A stretch of 64,000 bases of DNA from Candidatus Kapaibacterium sp. (lineage in GTDB: Bacteria; Bacteroidota; Ignavibacteria; Kapaibacteriales; UBA2268): the NCBI GenBank assembly GCA_963664875.1, contig OY761611.1:2176001-2240000 (forward strand), written 5' to 3'. Made by a program: the position numbers and the translations under genes. Numbering within the stretch: position 1 is the stretch's first letter; each line of letters opens with the position of its first letter. Positions 18,784 to 28,709 of this stretch are shown here, piece by piece. The notes beneath the pieces are model-generated. The model did not search any database, was not told where the DNA came from, and saw only the letters and a list, made by a program, of their open reading frames with translations.

Positions 18784-19677
18784 TTACATTTTCGCTCTTT
18801 TGGTTAGATATTCCCGAAGAGCTTTGTCGAATGTATCTTCAGTGCTGACCAAATGGTAGTCTATTTTATGTAGCTGACATTCACGTTTGACCTGATTGAT
18901 AAAGTCACTCACGGCTCCTTTGTAAGCTTTTTGGATTTGGTAAGGCTGAGTAACAATTTCTTCGCCCGTTTCCAAATCAATAAAATTAGCACCGTCCCCG
19001 AAGTCAAAGTTAATTTCTTTCGGATCGAGCAACTGCATAGCTAAAACATCATGATTTCTGTGTCTGAAATGTTTTAGAGCATCAGTAACTGATTTAATTT
19101 CATCGAAGAAATCACTAATAATTATCACTAAGCCCCGGCGTTTGATTCTTTCTGCAAGTTCATCTAAGGCTTTGGCTGTCCCTGTTTCGTTTGCAGGTTG
19201 GTAATCATCTAAGGTTTTTAATATTGGATGTATAAACGAAGGCTTAGAATTTGGAGGTAAAAATACCTTGAGCTCCGAATCGTACAAAGCAAGACCTACT
19301 GCATCTCGCTGACGTATAAGCAATGTAGCGAGGGCAGCTGCTAAATAGGTAGCATATTCGAATTTACTTATATTGCCTTTAGATGCATATCTCATTGAGG
19401 CTGATGCATCGATTGCAATTACTGCTCTTAGATTTGTTTCTTCTTCATATTGCTTTACATAGTATTTGTTTGACCTGCCGTACACTTTCCAGTCGATGTG
19501 CTTTATTTCATCACCCGGTCGGTATTGCCTATGTTCAGCAAACTCTACAGAGAACCCATGGTAAGGAGACTTATGCAAGCCTGTGATAAAACCTTCGACC
19601 ACGAGCTTTGCTTTCATCTCGATATTGGCAATCTGTGCTATTACTTCAGGTTTTAGATACTTTTTATAATCGTTCAT
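18784..19677 (-). CDS. DUF58 (MoxR-associated vWA-like) protein
   Basis: GLHKSPYHGFSVEFAEHRQYRPGDEIKHIDWK, DASASM and IISDF motifs. Confidence 0.93.
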   Translation of the reverse strand: MNDYKKYLKPEVIAQIANIEMKAKLVVEGFITGLHKSPYHGFSVEFAEHRQYRPGDEIKHIDWKVYGRSNKYYVKQYEEETNLRAVIAIDASASMRYASKGNISKFEYATYLAAALATLLIRQRDAVGLALYDSELKVFLPPNSKPSFIHPILKTLDDYQPANETGTAKALDELAERIKRRGLVIIISDFFDEIKSVTDALKHFRHRNHDVLAMQLLDPKEINFDFGDGANFIDLETGEEIVTQPYQIQKAYKGAVSDFINQVKRECQLHKIDYHLVSTEDTFDKALREYLTKRAKM

Positions 19678-19794
19678 TTAAAGCTCTTTTGTTTTTTGCA
19701 GTTTCCGTATTGATTAGTATAGCGGAAGACAATCTTGTTCAAAAATATGGAATAAACAGCACTGATAAAAATATTTTGGGAAGCTGTTTTGTAT

Positions 19795-21330
19795 TTACTT
19801 TATTATGCAACATCGCTTTCTGATTGTTTGACTTCCTATATCAAGCCTGTAAAAATAAACACCTGAGCTGAGTTTCCCTGTGTCATAAGTAAAACTATGC
19901 TGCCCGGCACTCATTTCTTTATCTATAGCAGTATCTGCCAATCTACCGTCCAAGCTTTCTATGTATAAGCTAACGTGAGCGTTTGATTCTAAGGTAAATT
20001 CAATATTAGACACTTCCTCTGACGGATTAGGTGATACTTTGACTTTATGACTCTCAGCATCTTCTTCCACAGAGTAACATTTATCAGATAGGAATGCGGC
20101 TATAGCAGAAGGACTTGAAATATTGCTCCTATAAGTCCAGGCTATCCATACATTGCCGTCATAAGAATCGATGCCTAAGTAATCGCCCAAAAAATATTCT
20201 GAATTGGGGACTATTGGCAGAGCATTTATTTTCATTACCTGAAAAGTTTCTCCGCCATCTTTAGAAACCGATAAATAGATGTCACTTTTGCTATTATCTT
20301 CATAATTTCTATTGTCATAGTATGCTGCATAAATATAGCCCGTTATAGGATCTACATCCATCCATGCCATAAACTGATGACTATCGCCGTAAGCGTCGCT
20401 TATGTCTTTGGGTTGGCTCCAAGTCTCTCCGCCATCATCTGACATGGTAAGGTAAACATTTGTATTTATGCTGCTTACTTGAGCGGAATATAATATATAT
20501 ATTCTGCCATTGTACTGAGAGTTTGAAATGTCGCAGGCTGTTACCGGTAAGCCATTGCATCTTTTATAGTTTGGTATGTCATAAGTCCAACCTCCGGGTT
20601 GGTCAGTTACAAATATATCTTTACCAAATGAGAAGCCTCCATCAAGAGATTTGTCGAACATTATACCAAGAGGTCCTGACCAGCTTACATAAATTTCTCC
20701 GTTTGGGCCGGTGCATGGCACTGCGCCCTCCACTGTCTCGTCCAAATCTATACAATTACCGGAAACATCTGAGATAACTATTGGTTCAGACCAAAACTCC
20801 CCCGAGCTCTCGCTACTCGAAAATAGAATTCGAGTACTGTCCCCAGGGTCTTCACTGCCATATAAATCAAACTCTGTCCAAGTTGTATATAGATTGCCAA
20901 ATCTTGGCGATTCGGGTAAGACATCAGCAACAATCCATTCTTTGTCATGTTGAGTTACGCCATTATAACCGATGCCTTTATCTATATCCCACGACTTACC
21001 GCCGTCTGTGCTTCTTTGGATAACTATCCTGTCCAGCCAAAATTCGGAATTGGATAAATGAGCATAGTAAACATTACCCTTAGCATCAAATTCCAGTGCA
21101 GGATCTCCCCAGACACCGTTCTGTGAGGAAATTGAGGAAGAAATCCATGTGTTACCCATGTCAGTAGTGTACCACAGCTGCTTCAAGTTGGCACCTACTA
21201 CTACGTTATATGGATCTGTAGGATTGATTGCAATTGAAATTTCATTGCCACTGCCAAGGTAATAATTTGGGATGTCCGAAGCTAATGCCACGAAACAATT
21301 TAATATAAACAGAAAAAGCATTTTTTTCAT
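19795..21330 (-). CDS. BNR/Asp-box (sialidase-like) beta-propeller with T9SS type-A CTD
   Basis: Signal peptide, repeated SxDGGxTW boxes, FLGDY, C-terminal SPNP...LSSGVYFYRL...K. Confidence 0.88.
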   Translation of the reverse strand: MKKMLFLFILNCFVALASDIPNYYLGSGNEISIAINPTDPYNVVVGANLKQLWYTTDMGNTWISSSISSQNGVWGDPALEFDAKGNVYYAHLSNSEFWLDRIVIQRSTDGGKSWDIDKGIGYNGVTQHDKEWIVADVLPESPRFGNLYTTWTEFDLYGSEDPGDSTRILFSSSESSGEFWSEPIVISDVSGNCIDLDETVEGAVPCTGPNGEIYVSWSGPLGIMFDKSLDGGFSFGKDIFVTDQPGGWTYDIPNYKRCNGLPVTACDISNSQYNGRIYILYSAQVSSINTNVYLTMSDDGGETWSQPKDISDAYGDSHQFMAWMDVDPITGYIYAAYYDNRNYEDNSKSDIYLSVSKDGGETFQVMKINALPIVPNSEYFLGDYLGIDSYDGNVWIAWTYRSNISSPSAIAAFLSDKCYSVEEDAESHKVKVSPNPSEEVSNIEFTLESNAHVSLYIESLDGRLADTAIDKEMSAGQHSFTYDTGKLSSGVYFYRLDIGSQTIRKRCCIIK

Positions 21331-21651
21331 TCTTTAGGTCTCTTATTAGATAAGTTCATAGCAATATAAAAAAATATAAGCGTATTTGCTATTTCCTCTT
21401 TACTGCTTATTCTATTTTATACTTTACCAAAGAGAATGTATATATTATTTTTACACTTTAGTTATTCAATCTATATTGAAGAGACTTTAAATTTGCACTC
21501 GAAAACGAGCTTGTATTCAATAAATTGCCAGATGGGAATTTAATTTTGAAACAAAGGCAAATACTAAATCGTATTTAATCCTACAAAAGAAATATATGAC
21601 TATTTTGTCTGTTTAATTATTAGGTTTTGGAATGTAAAAGGAGATTATGAG

Positions 21652-23190
21652 ATGAAAAAGACCATTATGGCTTCGGTTCTGTTTACCACCATTGGTATCG
21701 TGATGGGTGTGCTTCTTGTATCCAGCTTTAATTCTAACTCAATTGAGCGTTTGTTTGCCTCTGAAGATATGAAAATTGGCAAAGACGATGCACCTGTGCA
21801 TCTTCAGGCAAATGCAAAAACAATAAATGATGCCTTAGTCGCAGCAAGCGACGCTGTTATTCCTTCCGTTGTTTCTATAGGTGTAGTCACCGAAGCAAAA
21901 AATCCTCATCAGGGAATGGATGAATTTAGAGAGTTCTTCAAATTCTTTGGTATGCCTCAGGAAGAAAATAACGACGAAACTTTCAAATCTCGAGGCTATG
22001 GCTCAGGCGTTATCATCAATGAAGACGGATACATTGTTACAAATAATCATGTGGTGCAGGACGCCTCTGAAAATGGCATCACAGTCAGCCTCTCTGACCA
22101 GAGAGAATACAAAGCCGAATTGGTTGGAACTGATCCATTGACAGACCTCGCTGTTATTAAAATTGACCCTAAGGGAGAAAAGATTGAACCTGCTCATTTT
22201 GGGGATATCGCCAATGTCAAAATCGGACAGATGGTGCTTGCAGTCGGCAACCCTTTGGGACTCACTTCTACAGTTACCAGCGGTATAGTTTCTGCTATAA
22301 GCCGTGGTAATATTGGTGGCGGTAGATCCGGGGGATATAACATCGAAAATTATATCCAAACTGATGCTGCTATCAACCCGGGGAACTCCGGCGGCGGACT
22401 TTTTAATGTAAATGGTAGCCTTATTGGTATCAATACTGCTATCGCTACACGAACCGGCACTTACATTGGCTATGGATTTGCCATCCCTATTGATATTGTT
22501 AAATCGGTGGTTGCTGACATAATGGACGATGGTATGGTTAGCCGAGGATATATCGGAGTTACTATCAGAAGCGTTGATGCCACTTTTGCAAAATCGCTTG
22601 GACTCGAAAAAGCCGGTGGTGTTTTTGTAAATGGAGTGCTCGAAGATTCTCCTGCTGAAAAAGCCGGAATTAAAGAAGGAGATGTGATACTCTCGCTCAA
22701 CGGCAAAGAGCTCAATAGCTCTAATGAACTACAAGGGCAAATTGTGCTACACAAAGCCGGAGACGTTGTAGATTTGGTCGTATGGAGAAATGACAAAAAA
22801 ATCAATCTGAAAGTCAAGCTCGAATCGCGAGACGAAAAAGAGGAAATTGCTATCAAATCTGACAGCAAGGAAAAAGATGAAACAAAAGAAAAATCTGATG
22901 AGCCGTTAGAATTTGACAAACTTGGCTTTTCTGTCAAGCCGCTTAGTAAACAAATGAAAAAAGACTTTGAAGTGGAATCCGGCGTTTACGTTCACTCTGT
23001 GAAAAGATTTAGTGCTGCTGCAGAACGCGGACTTTTCCCTAATGGAGTAATCATTGAAGCTGACAGAAAAAAAGTCAGCTCAACCGGAGGGCTGCAAAAA
23101 ATAATTGATTCTAAAAGCTCCGGCGATGCCATCCTACTGCAAGTTAAATACAAAGAAACTACACAGTTTGTGGCAATCGAAATTCCATAA
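21652..23190 (+). CDS. degP: HtrA/DegP (Do-family) serine protease with two PDZ domains
   Basis: GSGVII, TNNHVV, DLAVIK and TDAAINPGNSGG catalytic motifs. Confidence 0.93.
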   Translation: MKKTIMASVLFTTIGIVMGVLLVSSFNSNSIERLFASEDMKIGKDDAPVHLQANAKTINDALVAASDAVIPSVVSIGVVTEAKNPHQGMDEFREFFKFFGMPQEENNDETFKSRGYGSGVIINEDGYIVTNNHVVQDASENGITVSLSDQREYKAELVGTDPLTDLAVIKIDPKGEKIEPAHFGDIANVKIGQMVLAVGNPLGLTSTVTSGIVSAISRGNIGGGRSGGYNIENYIQTDAAINPGNSGGGLFNVNGSLIGINTAIATRTGTYIGYGFAIPIDIVKSVVADIMDDGMVSRGYIGVTIRSVDATFAKSLGLEKAGGVFVNGVLEDSPAEKAGIKEGDVILSLNGKELNSSNELQGQIVLHKAGDVVDLVVWRNDKKINLKVKLESRDEKEEIAIKSDSKEKDETKEKSDEPLEFDKLGFSVKPLSKQMKKDFEVESGVYVHSVKRFSAAAERGLFPNGVIIEADRKKVSSTGGLQKIIDSKSSGDAILLQVKYKETTQFVAIEIP

Positions 23191-23216
23191 AAGCAAAAAC
23201 ATAATTAAAACCTTTC

Positions 23217-23252
23217 AGCCTTCGGATGATTTTAGTCCGGAGGCTTTTTTTT
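23217..23252 (+). terminator. Terminator after degP
   Basis: AGCCTTCGGA...TCCGGAGGCT stem plus T-tract. Confidence 0.8.
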
Positions 23253-23404
23253 GATACTAATTAAAGCTGCACCTCAATAAATAGTTAGAAATACACTTGA
23301 TAAAAAAACCTTTCTAAATTAACTGATATTTTAATTTTATTATTCCAATATAAATATTATGTTGAATATGCCATAATGTTAATATAATTTTTAGAGAAAG
23401 CTTT

Positions 23405-24733
23405 ATGAAATCCTTACGTATGATTTTGATTTTATGCTGTATGTTAGTTCTATCTGCTCCTGCTTCACAGGCAGGTGAAATGAAGTTTTTGTGGTCAGAG
23501 GCATTGGATGAAGGATATGTTTCTGATATAGAATTTATGCCTGATAATGATTATTGTGTTATTGCAAGATACAATGTTCTCGAAATACGGGAAGTTCTTA
23601 CAGGACAAGTAATCTTGAGTAGAGAAGAAAATTTAACAGATATAGAATTTTCTGCTGACAGCACAAAAATGATTACAAGAAAGAATACGATCCTCGAAAT
23701 ACGTGATATTGAAACATTAGAAGTGGTACAAAGCATAGAGATGCCAACTGAAGATGGTGATTATCATTTGTTTTATGGTCAAATGCAAATAGATCCGATT
23801 AGACCACTTTTGTACTTAAGAATAGAATACATTATAAATCAGCCTGATAAAGAAGAAAGTAAATCTAAGATAGTTATATACAACTCTGAAACATTAGAAT
23901 ATGTAGGTGAGCTTACAGATGAAAGTCATTTTGATTTGTGGTTGATAAATCTTGCTGTTTCGTATGATGGTAAATACCTCGCTTCCATCAGCGAAGGCAA
24001 ATCAAAACTCTTAGTTTGGGATTTGGAAACAAGAGAGCAGATTGTTGACCACTATATGGCAACTCAAACTTCTAAAGAATTGGGAGAGCCTGGAGATTTG
24101 AAATTTTCAAGAGTGAACACAGATAATATTTATATAACAGGTAAGTTTCGACATTTTGCAAGTGATAAAGATCATCAAGGATTATCGGTTTACAATGTTT
24201 TTGAGAATAAAATTGTTGATGAAAGATTTAATATAGAAGAATCATCTTTTGGCATGAGCAAAATATCACTTTTTACTTTAGAAAGATATATATTATGTAC
24301 TTCAAGCAACTATACAAAAGTAATAGATTTTAAGGAAAACAGAGTGTTGTACGCTGTATTCCATAAAAAACCTTATTATTGGGGTGGTATTCACAAAATA
24401 TCGCAACAAAATAGAATAATTGGATATATGCCCAATACTTTCTCCGCAGGTTACTACGATTTTGATACATCTATAGAAGAAGAAATACATAAAGATGTAA
24501 TCTATCCCAATCCTACTACAAGTATAGTAACAATACCTTTTATCTGCGAAACAAGTGAACCAAGTTTATCAATTTTTGATTCCAATGGTGCAGATGTAAC
24601 ATCTCAGGCAGAATGGGATTACAACGGTGAAGATATTACTGTTGATTTAAGTCATATTAGTGTAGGAATCTATATCGTTAGAGCTGCTTGTGGTACTACT
24701 GTTGCGGATTATAAAGTTGTCAAGGAGAATTAG
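23405..24733 (+). CDS. Secreted WD40/YVTN-like beta-propeller with T9SS type-A CTD, paralogue 1
   Basis: Signal peptide, SxDGKYLA and LVWDLET blades, IYPNPT...GIYIVR...KVVKEN CTD. Confidence 0.85.
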   Translation: MKSLRMILILCCMLVLSAPASQAGEMKFLWSEALDEGYVSDIEFMPDNDYCVIARYNVLEIREVLTGQVILSREENLTDIEFSADSTKMITRKNTILEIRDIETLEVVQSIEMPTEDGDYHLFYGQMQIDPIRPLLYLRIEYIINQPDKEESKSKIVIYNSETLEYVGELTDESHFDLWLINLAVSYDGKYLASISEGKSKLLVWDLETREQIVDHYMATQTSKELGEPGDLKFSRVNTDNIYITGKFRHFASDKDHQGLSVYNVFENKIVDERFNIEESSFGMSKISLFTLERYILCTSSNYTKVIDFKENRVLYAVFHKKPYYWGGIHKISQQNRIIGYMPNTFSAGYYDFDTSIEEEIHKDVIYPNPTTSIVTIPFICETSEPSLSIFDSNGADVTSQAEWDYNGEDITVDLSHISVGIYIVRAACGTTVADYKVVKEN

Positions 24734-24734
24734 A

Positions 24735-26060
24735 ATGAAAAAGTTGCTCATTGTTTTAACTATACTCGCATCTATTGCCCATTCCACCGCCGGTGAAATG
24801 AAGTTTTTATGGTCTCATAGCTTCCAAGACGGCTATCTTTGGGATATAGAATTTATGCCTGATAACGATTACTTTGTTTTAGGGTATTTAGATAGAATTG
24901 AGCTGAGGGAGACAGGTACGGGAAATTTAGTCAAAGTTGATAGTGTAAATGCAAGAAATATCGAAATATCATCTGACAGTTCAAAATTCTATGTTAACAA
25001 CTATGGAACATTCCAAGTAAGAGATGTAAATTCATTTGAAGTCTTACAATCTGTAAAATTACTTGATGAAATTGATGGTTATCCAACATATTATGCAGAT
25101 TTTTGTGTTGATCCAGTTAGACAATTCCTTTATATAGAAAGAGCTATAGAATATGATAGAGACATAAATACCAATCCATTATTTTGGTTGTCAATCTGTA
25201 TTTATGATGCTGAAACTTTAGAGTTCATTACAGAGTTAACTACAGAAGATCAAAAGTTGATGCGATTTTCCAAAATGGATATATCATCTGATGGAAAATA
25301 CTTTGCACTAATCACAGAAGGCAAATCAAAACTCTTAGTTTGGGATTTAGAAACAAGAGAGCAGATAGTTGACCACTATATGGCACCTCACGCTTCTAAC
25401 GAGAAGGGAGAGCCTGGAGATTTGAAATTTTCAAGAGTGAACTCGGATAATATTTATATAACAGGTAGGTTTCGACATTTTGAAAGTGATAAAGATCATC
25501 AAGGATTATCGGTTTACAATGTATTTGAGAATAAAATTGTTGATGAAAGATTTAATATAGAAGGGAATCAGATTGCAACAGCACGGATATCATTTGTTGA
25601 AAATGAAGAATATGTTTTATCAACCCACTCATATTCCACAAAAATTCTTAATTTAACGGATGGTAAAATCGAATACTCTAAAGCAAATCATTATACTTAT
25701 GGCTGGGGTGGAATGCAGAGAGTTTCAAAAAAGACAAACAAAATTATTGGTTTTATGGCAAATTTCTTTTCCGCAGGTTATTACGACTTCGATACATCTA
25801 TTGAGGAACAAAATAAAAACGAAATAATATATCCAAACCCTACTACAAGTATAGTAACAATACCATTTATCTGCGAAACAAGTGAAGCAAGTTTATCAGT
25901 TTTTGATTCTAATGGCGAAGATGTTACAGTACTAACAGAATTGAATTACAACGGTGGAGATATTACTGTTGATTTAAGTAGAATAAGTGCAGGTGTCTAT
26001 ATTGTTAGAGCTGCTTGTGGTGCTACTGTTGCTGATTATAAAGTCGTCAAGGAAAATTAG
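24735..26060 (+). CDS. Beta-propeller T9SS protein, paralogue 2
   Basis: Starts at MKKLL after TAG-A-ATG junction with AAGGAG; same architecture. Confidence 0.85.
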   Translation: MKKLLIVLTILASIAHSTAGEMKFLWSHSFQDGYLWDIEFMPDNDYFVLGYLDRIELRETGTGNLVKVDSVNARNIEISSDSSKFYVNNYGTFQVRDVNSFEVLQSVKLLDEIDGYPTYYADFCVDPVRQFLYIERAIEYDRDINTNPLFWLSICIYDAETLEFITELTTEDQKLMRFSKMDISSDGKYFALITEGKSKLLVWDLETREQIVDHYMAPHASNEKGEPGDLKFSRVNSDNIYITGRFRHFESDKDHQGLSVYNVFENKIVDERFNIEGNQIATARISFVENEEYVLSTHSYSTKILNLTDGKIEYSKANHYTYGWGGMQRVSKKTNKIIGFMANFFSAGYYDFDTSIEEQNKNEIIYPNPTTSIVTIPFICETSEASLSVFDSNGEDVTVLTELNYNGGDITVDLSRISAGVYIVRAACGATVADYKVVKEN

Positions 26061-26061
26061 A

Positions 26062-27387
26062 ATGAAAAAGTTGTTCATTATTTTAACTATAATCGCATCT
26101 ATTGCCACTTCCACCGCAGGTGAAATGAAGTTTTTATGGTCACAAAGCTTCCAAGACGGCTATCTTTGGGATATGGAATTAATGCCTGATAACGATTACT
26201 TTGTTTTGGGATATGACGATAGACTTGAACTAAGAGAGACTTCGACAGGAAATTTAGTTAAAGTAGATAGCATTATTGCAAGAGATATTGAAGTTTCATC
26301 GGATAGCACTAAGCTGTATGTAAATTGTTTTGGTAGTTTCCAAGTAAGAGATGTTAATTCATTCGAAGTCTTACAATCAGTAAAATTACCTGATGTTACA
26401 GATGGATACCCAACTTATTATTCAGAATTTTGTGTAGATCCTGTAAGACCACTAATTTATCTCAGAAGAGCAATAGAATACGATAAAGATATTAATACCA
26501 ATCCATTATTTTGGTTGTCAATCTGTATTTATGATGCTGAAACTTTAGAGTTCATTACAGAGTTAACTACAGAAGATCAAAAGTTGATGCGATTTTCCAA
26601 AATGGATATATCATCTGATGGAAAATACTTTGCACTAATCACAGAAGGCAAATCAAAACTCTTAGTTTGGGATTTAGAAACAAGAGAGCAGATTGTTGAC
26701 CACTATATGGCACCTCACACTTCTAACGAGAAGGGAGAGCCCGGCGATTTGAAATTTTCAAGAGTGCACTCGGATAATATTTATATAACGGGTAGGTTTC
26801 GACATTTTGCAAGTGATAAAGATCATCAAGGATTATCGGTTTACAATGTTTTTGAGAATAAAATTGTTGATGAAAGATTTAATGTAGAAGGGAATCAGAT
26901 TGCAACAGCTCGGATATCATTTGTTAAAAATGAAGAATATATTTTATCAACCCACTCTTATACATCAGAAATTCTAAATTTAATGAATGGTAGAATTGAA
27001 TATACTATCGAAAATCACTATTCATATGCTTGGGGAGGATGCCAGAGAATATCACAAAAAACAAAAAAAATTATTGGCTATATGTATAAAAGTTTCTCCG
27101 CAGGCTATTACGACTTCGATACATCTATTGAGGAACAAAATAAAAACGACATTATCTATCCCAATCCAACTACAAGCATAGTAACAATACCTTTAATCTG
27201 CGAAACAAGTGAACCAAGTTTATCAGTTTTTGATTCGGACGGCAAGGATGTTACAGCACAAATTGAATGGAATTATAACGGTGCAGATATTACTGTTGAT
27301 TTAAGTAGAATAAGTGCAGGTATCTATATCGTTAGAGCTGCTTGTGGTGCTACTGTTGCTGATTATAAAGTCGTCAAGGAGAATTAG
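26062..27387 (+). CDS. Beta-propeller T9SS protein, paralogue 3
   Basis: Starts at MKKLF; same architecture and junction spacing. Confidence 0.85.
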   Translation: MKKLFIILTIIASIATSTAGEMKFLWSQSFQDGYLWDMELMPDNDYFVLGYDDRLELRETSTGNLVKVDSIIARDIEVSSDSTKLYVNCFGSFQVRDVNSFEVLQSVKLPDVTDGYPTYYSEFCVDPVRPLIYLRRAIEYDKDINTNPLFWLSICIYDAETLEFITELTTEDQKLMRFSKMDISSDGKYFALITEGKSKLLVWDLETREQIVDHYMAPHTSNEKGEPGDLKFSRVHSDNIYITGRFRHFASDKDHQGLSVYNVFENKIVDERFNVEGNQIATARISFVKNEEYILSTHSYTSEILNLMNGRIEYTIENHYSYAWGGCQRISQKTKKIIGYMYKSFSAGYYDFDTSIEEQNKNDIIYPNPTTSIVTIPLICETSEPSLSVFDSDGKDVTAQIEWNYNGADITVDLSRISAGIYIVRAACGATVADYKVVKEN

Positions 27388-27388
27388 A

Positions 27389-28708
27389 ATGAAAAAGTTG
27401 CTCATTGTTTTAACTATACTCGCATCTATTGCCCATTCCACCGCAGGTGAAATGAAGTTTTTGTGGTCAGAGGCATTGAATGAAGGGTATGTTTCTGATA
27501 TTGAATTTATGCCTGATAATGATTATTGTGTTATTGCAAGATACAATGTTCTCGAAATACGGGAAGTTCTTACAGGACAAGTAGTCTTGAGTAGAGAAGA
27601 AAATTTAACAGATATAGAATTTTCTGCTGACAGCACAAAAATGATTACAAGAAAGAATACAATCCTTGAAATACGTGATATTGAAACATTAGAAGTGGTA
27701 CAAATCAAAGAAATGCCAACTGAAGATGGTGATTATCATTTGTTTTATGGTCAAATGCAAATAGATCCGATTAGACCACTATTGTACTTACGAATAGAAT
27801 ACATAATAAATCAGCCTGATAAAGAAGAAAGTAAATCTAAGATAGTTATTTACAACTCAGAAACATTAGAATATGTAGGTGAGCTTACAGATGAAAGTCA
27901 TTTTGATTTGTGGTTGATAAATCTTGCTGTTTCGTATGATGGTAAATACCTCGCTTCCATCAGCGAAGGCAAATCAAAACTCTTAGTTTGGGATTTAGAA
28001 ACAAGAGAGCAGATAGTTGACCACTATATGGCACCTCACACTTCTAACGAATTTGGCGACCCTGGCGATTTGAAATTTTCAGAAGTGAACTTGGATAATA
28101 TTTATATAACAGGTAGGTTTCGACATTTTGCAAGTGATAAAGATCATCAAGGATTATCGGTTTACAATGTTTTTGAGAATAAAATTGTTGATGAAAGATT
28201 TAATGTAGAAGGGAATCAGATTGCAACAGCTCGGATATCATTTGTTAAAAATGAAGAATATATTTTATCAACCCACTCTTATACATCAGAAATTCTAAAT
28301 TTAATGAATGGTAGAATTGAATATACTATCGAAAATCACTATTCATATGCTTGGGGAGGATGCCAGAGAATATCACAAAAAACAAAAAAAATTATTGGCT
28401 ATATGTATAAAAGTTTCTCCGCAGGCTACTACGATTTCGATACATCTATAGAAGAAGAAAATAAAAACAAAATAATATACCCAAATCCAACTACCAGCAA
28501 AGTAACAATACCAGTTATCTGCGAAACAAGTGAACCAAGTTTATCAGTTTTTGATTCGAACGGTAAGGATGTTACAGCACAAATTGAATGGGATTACAAC
28601 GGTGAAGATATTACTGTTGATTTAAGTCATATTAGTGTAGGAATCTATATCGTTAGAGCTGCTTGTGGTACTACTGTTGCGGATTATAAAGTTGTCAAGG
28701 AGAATTAG
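27389..28708 (+). CDS. Beta-propeller T9SS protein, paralogue 4 (chimera of paralogues 1 and 3)
   Basis: N-half nearly identical to paralogue 1; 28112-28428 identical to 26791-27107 of paralogue 3. Confidence 0.85.
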   Translation: MKKLLIVLTILASIAHSTAGEMKFLWSEALNEGYVSDIEFMPDNDYCVIARYNVLEIREVLTGQVVLSREENLTDIEFSADSTKMITRKNTILEIRDIETLEVVQIKEMPTEDGDYHLFYGQMQIDPIRPLLYLRIEYIINQPDKEESKSKIVIYNSETLEYVGELTDESHFDLWLINLAVSYDGKYLASISEGKSKLLVWDLETREQIVDHYMAPHTSNEFGDPGDLKFSEVNLDNIYITGRFRHFASDKDHQGLSVYNVFENKIVDERFNVEGNQIATARISFVKNEEYILSTHSYTSEILNLMNGRIEYTIENHYSYAWGGCQRISQKTKKIIGYMYKSFSAGYYDFDTSIEEENKNKIIYPNPTTSKVTIPVICETSEPSLSVFDSNGKDVTAQIEWDYNGEDITVDLSHISVGIYIVRAACGTTVADYKVVKEN

Positions 28709-28709
28709 A

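Noticed and set aside
24690-28709. Longer N-termini in the ORF track for propeller genes 2-5
   Set aside because: The extensions are off-frame reads of the previous gene's CTD; the SD and signal peptide support the MKKL starts.
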